From Mobula hypostoma (lineage: Eukaryota), in NCBI RefSeq assembly GCF_963921235.1, contig NC_086099.1:198834001-198898000 (forward strand): a stretch of DNA of 64,000 nt. Reading direction: 5' to 3'. How positions within the stretch are numbered: position 1 is the first letter of the stretch; every line of letters begins with the position of its first letter. Below, piece by piece: positions 37,521 through 50,872 of the stretch. A model generated the notes under the pieces. The model did no database searches and was not told the DNA's origin. It saw only the letters and a program-made list of their open reading frames with translations. Position numbers and translations under genes: made by a program.

Positions 37521-38389
37521 CAGATATGGAGAAAATACTCTGCCTTGCAAAAATGCTATAATGCATTTACAAAATCTTCTCAAAACTCTGCCTGAGAACT
37601 TCTAACAAATGCAACTGGACAACCATGAAAATGTTCAGAATTCCTATTGCCTTTAAGAATAAAGTTCTCAAGCCAACTTAATCAAAAAGAATGGAAAAGA
37701 AATAGTTACAAATTCTTAATGAGTTTAAAATAAATGGTTACTGCTTCTGCTAAATGAGAAACAGAGGAATATATTGAAGTATAAAAAACACAATCAGAAC
37801 ACCTCAAAAATAACTTTGAACTTTTAACAGCAGACATTTACAACACTCTCTTCAATTGACAATAATATTTTGCCCTTGCTGACACCCTCAACTATTCAAT
37901 CAAAACATTTCACCATCCTCTGTAAAAATTTAAATATCAAACCAAGTCATTGTAAATTTAGTTACACATTAAATCCTGCCAGGCTGTGACACCAAAAGGA
38001 TCCTTCAATTATCTGGATGCTTTTTGAATGATTTTATTAGATAGCTTTAGAAAATTACATCGGTTTTCAGAAATTAAATGAATTCAATATTAGAGCAGAA
38101 GCTGAAAGGGATGATCGGGGTCCTGCACAGATCTTTTTTATCCAAGGGTTATGGATGTTGCTGGAAAGACCAGCATCCATTGCAATTCCCTAATTACATG
38201 TATTAACATACTACTGAGCCATCTTTCTGAAGTGAAAGAATGCTTGTGGTGAACTTATTCCCACAGTAAGACAAGGTTGATCGTTTGATTTTGTTGCAGT
38301 ATTGATGAAGGAATAGTATACCTTCAAAGTGGGGTGTGACTTGGAGATGTTAATGCATTTATAAGCCGTTGCCTTTCTTAGTTGTAGTA

Positions 38390-39575
38390 TTAATAGAACA
38401 TAGACGTAGAACAGTACAACACTGGGCGGGCCACTTGGTTTATATCTTCTGCACCCTCTCCACAGTCTTTGCATCCTTCCAAAAATGGGGTGACCGGATC
38501 TGTATGCAATACTTCAAGTGCCAACAGCCTATAAAGCTGAAACGTGACTTCCTTACTTTTATTCTCAGAACCCTTAACAATAAAGGCAAGCATGAATATG
38601 CCTTCTTTGCCATCTTATCCACTTACATAGGCATTTTCAGTGAACGATGGGCCTGGACTTCTAAGGGGTCTATCATTAACCAATTTCCCCCAGGATCAGT
38701 AAAGTATGACTACTATGACTACTATTAATTGTATATTTTATCCTTTCAGTTGATCTCCTAAGTGAACACCTCATGCTTGCACAGATTAACTTCCATATGC
38801 CACGTCTCTGCCGATGTTTGAAACTGGTCTATATCCCGCTATATTCTTCAATAGTCCTTTACACTGTACACAACTCCACCAATCATGGTGTCATTGGCAA
38901 ACTTGCCAATCCACCCATCTACATTTTCATCCAAATCACTGATATAAATCACAAACAGCAGAGGTCTCAGAATAATTCTGAGGAACACAACTGGTCTCGG
39001 ACCTTCAGCCAAAACAATATTCTTTCACTCCTTCTCTCCGTCTTCTATGGACCAGTCAGTTCTGAATGCAAGTTCGCAATTCATTCTGGATCCCATGCAA
39101 TCTTTATCTTCTGAATCAACCTACCATGAGGAGCCTTTCCAAATGCCTTACTAAAGTCCACATAGATTACATCTACTGCCTTATCCTTATCTTGCTCCAC
39201 TCACTTTCTCAAAAAACTTGATTAGGTTGTAATGTATGACCTGTCCTGCACAAAGACATGTTTTCTTCCCCGAAGCAAGCCAGGGCTTTCCAAATGAGCA
39301 TAAATCCTCTCCAATAATTTCATTGCCTCTAACCTGAGGCTCAGTAGCTCACCTGGATTATCCCCATTTCCTTTCTTGTACAAAGGCACATTTGCTATTC
39401 TCCAGTCCTCTGGGACATTGCCAGTTGTTAGTGAGCACACGGAGATCTTTCACTTGCTTCTTTCAATAGTCTGGGATATGTGCCACCAGGCCCTGAGGGC
39501 ATATCCACCTTACTGCCTTTCAGAAGACCTAGAACTGCATCCTCCTTTATCTCAAAATATCCCAACACATTAGTA
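38390..39575 (-). mobile_element. CR1 RT fragment with a short Rex1 tail (+, ~38678-38725) inside
   Basis: VPEDWRIANVPLYKKG, HLKYCIQI.SPH; AACCAATTTCCCCCAGGATC..TATGACTACT tail. Confidence 0.8.
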
Positions 39576-39734
39576 TGCCATGCTCTGTCCTCACTATCTT
39601 CCAAATATGGTGCAAATAATCAATTGCTGTAAGATCTCAATTGATAAAGCAGCATCTGTGGAGGCAAGGATGGTTTATGCCTCGGGTCAAGACACTGCAC
39701 AACAGCAGATGTCGATTGCTAATATGTTACATCA

Positions 39735-40630
39735 AAATAAATTGGCGGTAGTTGTCTTTTTAGTGCAGCAGCTGCTAAATAAAAATCGTCCCTTACCCTA
39801 TCCAGTCCTAGGACAACGGAGCAGTAATATTAAATTGTGTTGGAAGTTTTCAGTGTTTCTTAGTGGTTTCTCAGCAGGACAGCGGTGTCATGTAGCGGTT
39901 AGTGTTACACTTCACCGTGCCAGTGACCCAGGTACAATTCCCACTGCTACCTGTCTGGAGATTCCACATTCTCCCTGCGACTGCTCTGATTTCCTCTCGC
40001 ATTCCAAAGATGTATGAGTTAGTATGTTAATTGGTCACATGGGAGTAGAATGGCCTTATTGGACTGGAAGGGCCTGATACCATACTGTATCTCAAAATAA
40101 AAAAAAACAGTTTTCCTGTTGATTTTAAATTATGAAGATTTTTTTCATAACGTTTTAGAGATGTCATCCTTTTAAAAGCTTTTAAGTATTTCTGAATCTT
40201 CTTGAATTTCAGAAACATGGTGGTATATTGCAGTTGCTATGCATTCTGCTCCATTTCTGAAACTTGATTCTGTTAAATACAGCAGCATTTACTGATACTG
40301 ACTGCAAATGATTTTCTTGGCAGCAGAGTGTCTGATCATTTTGACAGACATACTGCTAGCAGATGAGACTCAGGCAATAGTCAAGGCTTTTTTTCTAAGT
40401 TTGTGTGCATGAATTTTGGTCTGCACTGACCACTCTATATCATCCACGATCCTATTGCACTTTGAATCAATTCAGCATGTAGAGACACACTGCGATGTTC
40501 CCAGCAAGCTCTCTGTGGATTCTCATGTGGAAACTATATTCCAATCTTATTTCAACCATCAGCTCTGAATGCAGTTACCTTAATGCTCACTGCAAGTTCC
40601 AAGCTAATGTTCCAATATATCAATGTGGGG
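39735..40630 (+). mobile_element. Possible ancient hAT-Charlie transposase C-terminal fossil, split by a SINE
   Basis: KLA..LN..LGQ..NI..C.KFSVF, SFP..FKYF, LTDI..DE..K.FF..EFW....Y and C(G)ETIF follow the Charlie dimerisation-region order. Confidence 0.4.
39878..40105 (+). mobile_element. V-domain SINE (HE1-like)
   Basis: tRNA-like head, partial V-domain, CR1-type tail and A-rich end. Confidence 0.75.
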
Positions 40631-41254
40631 ATTGTCAGAGCTTATTTCCTGCATTAAATGGTTGGAATTAGATCTTTTATTTGGTAATATATCAAAATCC
40701 GGTGTCCTGCGCATGTTCCTACTCACAACTACTTTTACGTATATTCAACCATTAATCCTACCAGAGGTTATTCAGAATATATTCACACTCTCATACAATT
40801 ACGGACTATTTTATAAATCCTCCATTTACACGTATGTACTTTGCTGCGTGATTTAAATGCCAAAAGGAAATTTAATTAAATTTGGTGGGAATGTAATGCT
40901 TTGAATTAGCAATCGGTTCAATGGGAGATGTTGTTTTAATCCCAACCTTGCTGAAGGGAAATTGAAAGATGGAGGATGAAGATGGAAATCAGATGATGAT
41001 ATCACAGAAAGTGCTGTAATTCTAAATCACTAGAAATTAAGGCTGCTCTTTTTGCTATCTTCAATTTACAGATTAAATGGCCAAATTCAAACTTAAACAT
41101 GATGTTATCCCTTTGTGAATATAATCCACAAACAATTTGCAATCCAATACAGTAAAAAATAATTCACAATGAAATGCTTGGTACCTGACTGGATCGTAAG
41201 ACATATGAAAAGAATTAGAGTCTGCTCCATCGTTCCATCACAGCTGATTTATTA

Positions 41255-41712
41255 TCAAACATGAGAAAATCTGCAGATGCTGAATATCCGAAGCAACAGA
41301 CACAAAATACTGGAGAAACTCAGCAGGCCAGGCGACATCTATGAAAAAGGAGTAATCAGTCGACGTTTCAGGCCAAGGTCCTTCAACAGGACTGGAAAAA
41401 AAACATGAGAAATCAGAGTAAGAAGGTGGGGGGAGAGGAGAAAGAAGTGCAAGGTAGTAAATGATAGTTGGAACCAGGAGAATGGGAGGAGGTAATGTAA
41501 AGAACTGGGAAGTTGATTGGTGAAAGAGGTAAAGGCTGAAGGAGGGTATATCTGATAGGAGAGGGTTGAAGACCATGGTAGAAAGGGAAGGTGGAGGAGC
41601 ACCAGAGGGATGTGTTGGGCAGGGAAGAAGATAAGGTGAGAGAGCCAAACAGGAATAGGGAATGGTGAAGGGGGATGACAATTAGGGAAGTTAAAGAAAT
41701 CGATGTTTATGT
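41255..41712 (-). mobile_element. Penelope pLTR with mutated hammerhead (41358-41393)
   Basis: NIDFFNF, pyrimidine tract and AGTCCTGTTGAAGGACCTTGGCCTGAAACGTCGACT on the minus strand. Confidence 0.8.
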
Positions 41713-42110
41713 CGAGCACTTACATTCCACGTGCCAGAACAAGTGGGATCTCCTGGTAGCCACCCATTTTCAATTCTACTCCCATTCCCATTCTGACAAG
41801 TCAGTCCATGGAAATGGGTGGAGCTGAATGAGAAATTATTGAGAGCGAGGACCAGTTCCGCCTTTGTAGAGTTGAGAACTAGAGGGGAAGGTTTTATGGT
41901 GAGAGGGGAAAGATTTAATAGGAAATTGAATGGCAAATTTCTACAAAGAGGATAGTATGTACTGTAAATGGAATGCACTGCTAGAGGAAGCAAGTACAAT
42001 AACAACTATGAGGAAGTTGGAGAGGTAATGTATGGAAAAGGTCTAGAAAATTACGGGCCAAATGCAGGCAGATGGGACAAGTTGAGCATCTTGGTTAGCA
42101 GTTAGGTCCA

Positions 42111-42253
42111 AGCAACAGGAATTCTGCAGATGCTGGAAATTCAAGCAACACACATCAAAGTTGCTGGTGAACACAGCAGGCCAGGCAGCATCTCTAGGAA
42201 GAGGTGCAGTCGACGTTTCAGGCCGAGACCCTTCGTCAGGACTAACTGAAGGA
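42111..42253 (-). mobile_element. 143-bp Penelope pLTR-end insertion inside a CR1 tail
   Basis: Near-identical to 25571-25678; 11-bp TSD AGTTAGGTCCA at 42100-42110 and 42254-42264. Confidence 0.85.
42208..42243 (-). ncRNA. Minimal type I hammerhead ribozyme, intact core
   Basis: Minus strand reads AGTC-CTGACGA-A-GGG(TCTCGG)CCT-GAAA-CG-TC-GACT, with GUC cleavage triplet and paired helix I. Confidence 0.78.
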
Positions 42254-43294
42254 AGTTAGGTCCACGAGCCTGTTTCCATGCTGTTTGACTCTGTCACTCT
42301 ATGACAGAATATGTGCCTAGGACTGGGAGGGAATTGTGGTGTGGTGAAGGGCACAGCATCAAACTAAGGGTTTGATCATTCAGGACTGAGGTAAGAAGAC
42401 TTCTTCATTGTTAGGGAAGTGTATCTTTGGAGTTCTTTATCCAATCACTCCGTAGAGGTTCATACACAGAGTATATTTTAGATAAATAAAGATAGAAAAT
42501 GCTGGAGATACACATCTTCCTTAGCTTGTAAATATAGTAACAAGTCTTTGGGAGACCAGCAGGATTGTTTTGCCATCTGCTGCAGGATTATGAGCATCTT
42601 CTACCATGTGGAAGCTCATTTCACAGTTGCAATCCTGACTTAACAACTGTTTGGTTTACAAACTTAACGTAGGAACGGAATGAGTCATAAACTGGGGTTG
42701 ACTTGTAACCTACAAGTCAGGCAGCATCCGTGGCAAGAGAACAGAGTTTCTGGACGATAATCCTACATCTACTTAAAGTCTTTTTTGCAGAAATACTCTC
42801 TGACCAGCTAAATGTTTCCACCACGTTCAGCATTTTTTTTTCAGATCTCTTCAATTTTTTGGATATTCAAAACAGAGATTGATAGACCTTGCTACATTAA
42901 AAGAATCAAGGGGATATGAGGCTAGTACAAGAAAGTAGTACTGATGGACATGATCACCTGTGATACTGTTGAATGGCGGAGCAGGCACAAGAAACCAAAT
43001 GACTATCTCCTGCTTCTATTCTTTGTGGTCTTCCACTTACCCAGAGACTCAGGAACAACTGATATTACATAGACAGCTTGGTTTCGCACTGGCTCAAGGT
43101 AACTTCTACGGACTAACTGCAATCTTAGAAGTAACATTACTTTCTCAGGAATCCAAGGGTTGTCTCACTGAGAATTTCAGCTGAGAAGATCACATGAAAC
43201 TCATGTCAAGCATGAGCTCATATGAAAATGAATGAGAAACAAGGAAAAATAGGCTGACTCTTCAGGAATTCTAGATATCACAGAGAGAATTGTT

Positions 43295-44040
43295 CATCAT
43301 CATCATCATCATCATTATGTGCTGTGTCGTATGAGTTAGGTGATTAAATCTTCCATCAGTCTTTAACGTGAAAAGTTATAAAAGCTCTTCAAAACATCTG
43401 CCTGTCCATCCCTTGATGTACCTCATGATTATCATGTGCTGGTGACTGCAACTTTTTCTTGCATTGATTTTTCCCGTCACTGTAAGATGGTCAAGCTTCA
43501 TCTTTCCTCAGGACATGTCCCAGAAATTCCAGTTGCAGTTTCCTGATTGATGATATCAATTCTCTTAGTCCGGCTTTTTACAACACCTCCACATTTGTTA
43601 CTTTGTCCTTCCACAATATTTTCATCATTCTTCTCAAAAACCACTTCTGCAGCTTTGAGTCTTTACTCATCTTGCTTGGACATTGTCCAAAATTTGTTTC
43701 CATATGTTAGTGTGGAATGAACGTAGCACCACAACATTCTGAGTTTCGTACTCGTAGAAATTACGTTATTCATTATTTCTTGCTCAAACGCTCGAACGTA
43801 CATTTAGCAATCCCAATCCATCTTCTAATTTCAAAATCAGCTCTACCATCAGATGTTATCATGCTTCCTAACTAATTGAAATTCCATGTTTGTTTAATTG
43901 TTACATTGCCCACTTTCAGTTTGTGTTTCTGTATTTAATTTTTCCTTGTGACAACTGTACATTCGGTCTCCCTGCAGTTGATGGTCAATCCTCTCCTTGC
44001 ACTTTCTTCAACAATCCATTGGAGAATGATTTCAATCTCC
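43295..44040 (-). mobile_element. RTE-group LINE 3' fragment
   Basis: F..LGSMITSDGRAD.EIRRWIGIAK, YVHSTLTYG and (GAT)n tail. Confidence 0.75.
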
Positions 44041-45239
44041 AAAATTGACTGGATTTCTGGAAGCCACAATAGTTATTCTGGAAGGGGACCATTAACAGAT
44101 AAATTTAATTCTATCTGCTGTGCCTTAGCAATGGACAAGGACTAACTGGAAATATTATACTATGTAGATGAAAATACTTAGAGAAACGCTAGGGAAATGT
44201 TCCAGTGTTTTTTTTTTCAAGCAGGTGAACATTGGGAGATATGGTGGTGAGTGTTTTTCAATTGAAAAATAACAAATAATTGTCTCATTATGGCTCCAGG
44301 TGGTTAGAGGGTAGGCCAAGTGAAGTTGAAAATAATTCCCTTAAATAACTCCTCCAGTTCATCATTACAATTCTCTGCATTCTAAAGCCATTTGCAAGAC
44401 CTGCAAATGCAGGTTCTATACACTACACTTTTACTTTGTTTTAGGGTTTATCATGAGAAGTACCTGACTTTAATGCACCAAATATTAGTCTCTGATGTAC
44501 TGTATGATAATGAGGCTAAAGGATGTTCTTGCCGTAATGCAGGAAAATGGGATGATTTCCATACATATTTAGAATGATGCGAGCCCCTATGGGTTATAAG
44601 AAAGCTTTGCAGAGACATAAAGTGAGACACTTGCCACAAAGTACTTAGTGCTTGGCACATTCCAGTAACAACAGTGGTTGTGTTACTGATCCAATTGAAC
44701 TTCCAGTGGTCTGTGCCACTAATGTTAATAGAGTAGAACTGTCCTCCTAGTTTTTGGGTGGTTCAATACTTAGCTCACTGGGTGATGTTTCCTCAGCTGG
44801 ACAACGCACTGGGACCCTAGTGCCTGTGCTCCCTTTAAACCCACTGGAGTTTTGATTCCCATGCTCTATTTAAACTCACTTTGGCTCTGGTTCCGATTTT
44901 TCCATTAAATTCATTGGAGCCCCAGTTCTCATACTTCATCAGGGCCCCAGATCTTTTGAAACTCTTTGAGTTCACTAGAACTTTTATTATACTACAGTGA
45001 AGTATCTTTAAAAAATTGGTGATTATGGGGGTACTTCATTGTTGATTTTCCACATACATAATTCATTTAAAGAAAAAGAAAATTGAGGGTTAGCTTTATT
45101 TGTCACGTGTACATCAAAACATTGAAGTATAGGGTGAAACGCAGAGCTTGTGGCAATGATCCACACAGACTGTGGATGTGCTGGGGGCCGCTCGCAAGTG
45201 TTGCCGTGCTTCTGGTGCATACGTAGCATGCCCACAACA

Positions 45240-45410
45240 CTAAATCTTCCTCGTGTCCTTGGAATGTGGGAGGAAACTGGAACACCCAGAGGAAACCGAC
45301 ACAGATATGAACAGAATGTACAAACTCCTTACAGTCAGTGGCAGTAGTTGAACCCTGATCAGTGATTTCTTGCACTATGCTAACTCTCACGCTACGGTAT
45401 TGTGCTGCCA
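45240..45410 (-). mobile_element. V-domain SINE (HE1-like)
   Basis: GGTTCAAC B-box and GGTTTCCTCTGGGTGTTCCAGTTTCCTCCCACATTCCAAGG on the minus strand. Confidence 0.7.
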
Positions 45411-45500
45411 ATTAAATCTAAATTGTGCCAATTTGATGGAATTTTAGTGTAGAAGTGACTGCAAATAAAATAAACTTATTTGTGTTCTTTTCTGTTGAAG

Positions 45501-45569
45501 GTGGCCCTTGCTGGTTGGAGGTGAGCAGCGACATGGATGACCACATAGATATACAAATGAATTATCACA
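45501..45569 (+). other. Candidate 69-bp exon of an unidentified transcript
   Basis: Acceptor TTTGTGTTCTTTTCTGTTGAAG, donor ACA|GTAAGT, one open frame GPCWLEVSSDMDDHIDIQMNYH; no homology recognised. Confidence 0.25.
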
Positions 45570-47344
45570 GTAAGTCAGCACTTTGTATTTGCTCTGCCTT
45601 TCAGCATGATTCTGACAGATCTGAATGTTACCCAACTTCACAGGCACATTATTGTTTATCATAAATCTCTATCCCGGCCTTCAGTTAGAGATTTTACTTC
45701 TTTTACGCTCTGCTTCAACCACAAAGGGAAGTATATATGTGGAATGAACTGACAGTGAATATGATTGATGCAGGGACAAGTACAGCTTTTGGAAAGACAG
45801 TGGATAGGCACTTGGATTGGAAAGATTCAGAAACTTGTTTTCCAAATGCTGGCAAGTGAAACGAGCTCGAAAGGAACATAACTGGTCAGCATGGGCCTGT
45901 TGGGCCGAAAGGGCCTGTTTCTGTGCCATATAACTCTATGATTCTCTGACCTTTTCGGGAAGCGTGTGCCAATGCCATAACCTGCTGAGAGAAATAAAAA
46001 TAACTGCGTCGTTATTGTCAAAATGGGCGACCCTTCATTAAACTGTGACTCTCCCCGCCCCCCCCCCCACCCCGCCCCAGTTCTAGATGCTGTCTCAAGT
46101 ACTGGTTATTGGTTTAATTATTGTCATATGTACTGAGGCACAGTGAAAAACTTTCTTTTATATGACATCCAAACAAATCATTTCATCACATCCATACACT
46201 GAAGTAGTACAAGGGAAAACAATAACAAATCGCAGAATATGGTGTTACAGTTACAGCTGCAAAGACAGTGTAATACAAGCAGACAATAAGATGCAATGTA
46301 GACTGTGAGGCCAATAATCCATCCTTTTGTGCAAGAGGATCTTGTTCCAACAGTGGGGCAGAAACAGTCCTTGAGCCTAATGGTACATGCTTTCAGTCTT
46401 TTGGATCTCCTCATCTCTCCACACTCATTCTGTAATGACCCATTCGGATTATATGTAATTCTATCAAATCCACTTTTATCTTCTGAATTCTAGTGGAATC
46501 AAAACCTGACTATCCAACATTTCCTTGTAAACGATCCTGGCCTTTCCAGGTGTTAGTTCAGTAAAGTTTGTCGAAACTGTTTCCAGTGGATGATCATCCT
46601 TCTGTAAACTACTGGACCAGTATTGTAAACAGTACTCCATTATTAGCTACACAAATGCCCCGTTTAAGTGAAACATAATTCCCCTCCTTTTGAATTCATG
46701 GTACTAAGCTGGTAAAGTTTCTAGGTCCTTGTTCCACTCCGTACTAGGCTTTTTCAAATCATGCACCAGGACACTTAGATGCCTTTGCATTTCACGGTCT
46801 TTAGTGATTTAAGAAGTAATCCTCTTGTTACATTTCTTATCAAAATGGGCAGTTTCATATATCCCCACATCTCCATTTGATAGATATTTGTTCACTCACA
46901 ACATGTATCTTTTTGCTTCTCCACACATTCCCTTTGCCACTTACTTTCCTACATATCTTTAGATCATTAGCTAGGTGAGCAATCCTACCTTAATTGCGTT
47001 CATCCAGGAAATTAACATAAATTGTGAAATGTTAATCATGCCAGAATCATAATCAGAATCAGGTTTATTATCGCTGACTGGTACATTGTGAAATTTGTTG
47101 TTCTGTGGCAGCACTGATCCCTGTAACACTGTGGTCATTACATCTTGCCAACCAATTAGGCCTATCTTCTGCTTCCTTCTAACTGGGCAATCTCCTACCT
47201 ATGCAAAATACAAACTGTTGCAGGAAATTAGCAGGTCAAGCAACATCTGTGGAGGCAAAGGGATAGTAAATGTTTTAAGCTGAAACTCAGCATCTGAGCT
47301 TGTGCTTCTGTTTATGTTAACTTCTGCACAACTTGATTAAATTT

Positions 47345-47712
47345 TCCACAATAATTTGTGGAATGAGAGGCATTGATCATGTGGATAGTCAGAGGGTTTT
47401 TCCCAGGGCAGAAATGGCTAGCACGAGAGGGCACAGTTTTAAGGTGCTTGGAAGTAGGTGCAGAGGAGATGTCAGGGGTAAGTTTTTTACGCAGAGAGTG
47501 GTGAGTGCATGGAATGGGCTGCCGGTGACAGTGGTGGAGGTGGATACAATAGGGTCTTTTAAGAGTCTCTTGGATAGGTACATGGAGCTTAGAAAAATAA
47601 ACAGCTGTGGGTAACCCTAGGTAATTTCTAAGGTGAGGACATGTTCGGCACAGCTTTGTGAGCCCAAGGGCTTGTATTTTGCTGTAGGTTTTCTATGTTT
47701 CTATGTTTCTAA
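47345..47712 (+). mobile_element. Young CR1 3' fragment
   Basis: MRGIDHVDSQ..TRGHSFKV..FFTQRVVSAWNGLP and (TTTCTATG)n tail. Confidence 0.85.
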
Positions 47713-48619
47713 TTTTTGGGGTAGCATCAGCCCAGAGCACCTCTGATCTGGTGATGTCACAAAAGTCTTAGGGGCCGCAAATGATGATGCTCAGATTGGT
47801 AAAAGAGAGACCTGTGCTAACATGCCCTGAATAAAAAATATTCTATCAGCATCTTTTTTTGCTTACAAATTCGACCACTGGGCAGCCCTTTAACTGCACC
47901 CTCTATTCCCCAGTTACATCAGTATACTGAGCTGCCTTGGTATTACATAGATCAGTTAAGTTTATATTCACCAGAGTTCACAATCAGAATCAGGCTTATT
48001 ATTACTGACATATGTCATGAAATCGGTTATTTTGGGGCAGCAGTACAATGTAAGACATAACAAAATTAGCAGAAGTTAAATCAGTAAACAAACAGATAGA
48101 TAGATCGATAGATAGATAGATAAATAGCATGAAGTGGAATAGAACAGCAATGCTCATGGACCATTCAGAAATCTGATGGTGGAGGGCAAGAAGCTGCCCT
48201 AAAATGTTGAGTGAAGATCTTCAGGCTCCTGTACCTTCTCCCTGATAGTAGCAATGGTGAGAGTCCTTAATGATGAATTCCACCTTCTTGATGCATCGCT
48301 TCTAGAAGATGTCCTCAATGGTAGGGGAGTTTGTTGGGAAATTAATTAAAATTTACAACATTTTGATTGACAAAGTAGATACAGGGAGGATGGTTGTGTG
48401 TCTAGAACAAGGAATAATGGTAAATTACTTTGGGCTGTGGTCAGGTGAAATTTCTTCACCCCATGGAAGATATCTTTCTGCAATTTGCTACCACAGAGGA
48501 TTGCGGAGGTCAAGTCCCTGAACATACCCAAGAAGGAGATATATAAATGCAGGTGCAAAAGGCATTAAGGGATATGGGATGAGAGTGGGAAAAGTATGAG
48601 ATAGACAGCTAACAGGGGT

Positions 48620-50440
48620 CTGAACAGACATCTTTAATATTTCCTTACAATAGTCCACTTTAAGGCTTCAAGGCAGCCACCATCATTCCGGTGCCCAAGA
48701 CAGTGACAGTTAACGGGCGTGAATAATTGCCTCTCAATGACACTGAACACAATAATCATGAAGTGCTCTGTGCAACTGGTAATGGATCAGATAAAATCCC
48801 ACTTTTCAGTTACATTGGACCCTTTCCAGTTCGCCTACCGCTCAAATCTGTCCACTGATGAGTTCATACCCTCGACCCTCCAATTCATCCTGCCCCGCCT
48901 AGAAAACGATGTCTCATATGCCAGGATGTTGTTCATGGATTTCAGCTCAGCATTGAACATGAACATCCCTCAGGGCCTGCTGGGTAAACTGTCCTCACTG
49001 GGACTAAACACCCTTCTCTATAAATGGATCTTGGACTTCTTGACAGGAGGACCCCAGTCTGTCATAGTGTGCGCTGACAGATGACAGAACCCAGGTGCAG
49101 AGGAATGACAGACTCCCATGTAGAAGCAGGAACAGGAGTTTATTCATAGGCATTCCAGGAGAACATCGGCAGTTTGACCATGCCACACCACAACTTGAAT
49201 CGTTCTCAAAACACCAGGACCCTGCAATAAGCACTAATCAGGAGCCCACTTTAAATAATCACAGTACACAAAAAAACTCGTGCCAGTCAAAATAAACTTG
49301 ACAAGATTAAGCAGACAGCACAAGGGCTTAACGACTCTAGGTAAGACAGCAATTAACAAATACAGGGACACAGGCCCACAGGGCTCATGACATCAGTGAG
49401 CCTGAGTGAACAGCAACTTCTCAAGCTCCACCACGCTGAGCACTGGTTCCCCCAACCCACCCCCTTCCCCACTGCTGTGTGCTCAGTCCATTGTTGCTCA
49501 CGCTGCTGACTCATGACTGCACTGCCATATCCAGCTGAAGCTGCATGATCAAGTTCGTTCATGATGCAACAGTGGTTGGCCTCATCAGCAACAATGATGA
49601 GTCAGCATACAGAGAGGAGGGGGAGATGCTTGTCAAATGGTGAGAGACCAACAATCTGAGTCTCAACATGGGCAAATGAAATGATCGTGGATAGTCGCAG
49701 GTTGACTATTGTACATCAACGGCTCTGCCGTGGAGAGAGTAAAGAGCACAAAGTTCCTTGGTGTGCACATACTGGACGATCTAACCAGGACCTACGACCC
49801 TTTCTCTTTAGTCAAGGAGGCATAGCGTTATCTACACTTTCTGAGGAGGCTGAGGCATGCAAGGCTCCTCACCCCATTCTAACAGGAGCATCATCAAGAG
49901 TTTCCAGTCTGGCTGCATCATTGTGTGGTATAAAAGCTGCAAGGCATTGGACCACAAGACCCTTCAGAGGATAGTAAAAACTGCTGAGAGAATCACTGGG
50001 GTCTCCCTCCCTTCTATTTGGGACATTTACCAGGAATGTTGTACACAAAGGGTCAGAAGCATTGTGGAGGATCCCTGTTGCTCATCCTTCAATCTCTTTG
50101 ACCCACTCCCATTGGGAAGGAAATATACAATCACGAGGACTAGGATTGCCGGAGTGGTTAACAGCTTTTTCCCTCAGGCTGTGAGACTAATGAGTACACT
50201 GCCACCACCGAGGTCTCTTCACTTGGACACCAAGCTGTTTACAGTTTATTGTACAGTTTACCTGTGCTGCGCACACATTCATATTGAATTATATTTTATT
50301 AACATGGTAATTGAACCTAGGTCGTTTTATCTGCTGTGCGTGATATATGTTGTGTGTGTGCTCATGGTCCAGAGGAACGTTGTTTCATTTGGTTGTATAT
50401 ATGTACAGTCAGATGACAATAAACTGGAACTTGAACTTGA
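48620..50440 (+). mobile_element. Rex1/Babar LINE, disrupted, with a solo LTR inside
   Basis: LDPFQFAYRSN, ARMLFMDFSSA, GCIIVWY..LQRIVKTAERI..NSFFPQAVRL; (AACTTG)n tail. Confidence 0.88.
49060..49392 (-). mobile_element. Solo LTR, Gypsy-like
   Basis: TGTCAT...ATGACA termini, TATTTAAA and AATAAA on the minus strand; interrupts the Rex1 RT; no clean TSD. Confidence 0.65.
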
Positions 50441-50456
50441 ATGATTTGCCATGTTT

Positions 50457-50872
50457 TTGTAAGGCCAGTGATGTTGTGGGGATGGAACTGGACTCGCTGA
50501 CGGTGGTGTCTGAAAAGAGGATGCTGTCTAAGTTGCATGCCATCTTGGTCAATGTCTCCCATCCACTACATAATGTACTGGGTGGGCACAGGAGTACATT
50601 CAGCCAGAGGCTCATTCCACCGAGATGCAACACTGAGTGTCATAGGAAGTCATTCCTGCCTGTGGCCATCAAACTTTACAACTCCTCCCTTGGAGGGTCA
50701 GACACCCTGAGCCAATAGGCTGGCCCTGGACTTATTTCATAATTTACTGGCATAATTTACATATTACTATTTAACTATTTATGGTTCTATTACTATTTAT
50801 TATTTATGGAGCAACTGTAACGAAAACCAATTTCTCCCAGGATTAATAAAGTATGACTATGACTATGACTAT
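50457..50872 (+). mobile_element. Young Rex1/Babar 3' fragment
   Basis: KASDVVGMELDSL..SHPLH..HRKSFLPVAIKLYN and (TATGAC)n tail. Confidence 0.9.

Noticed and set aside
40868-40883. Perfect palindrome AAATTTAATTAAATTT
   Set aside because: Low complexity and unremarkable in AT-rich DNA.
47781-47830. Box C/D snoRNA (ATGATGA..CTGA)
   Set aside because: Only 50 nt, no terminal stem, no recognisable rRNA guide.
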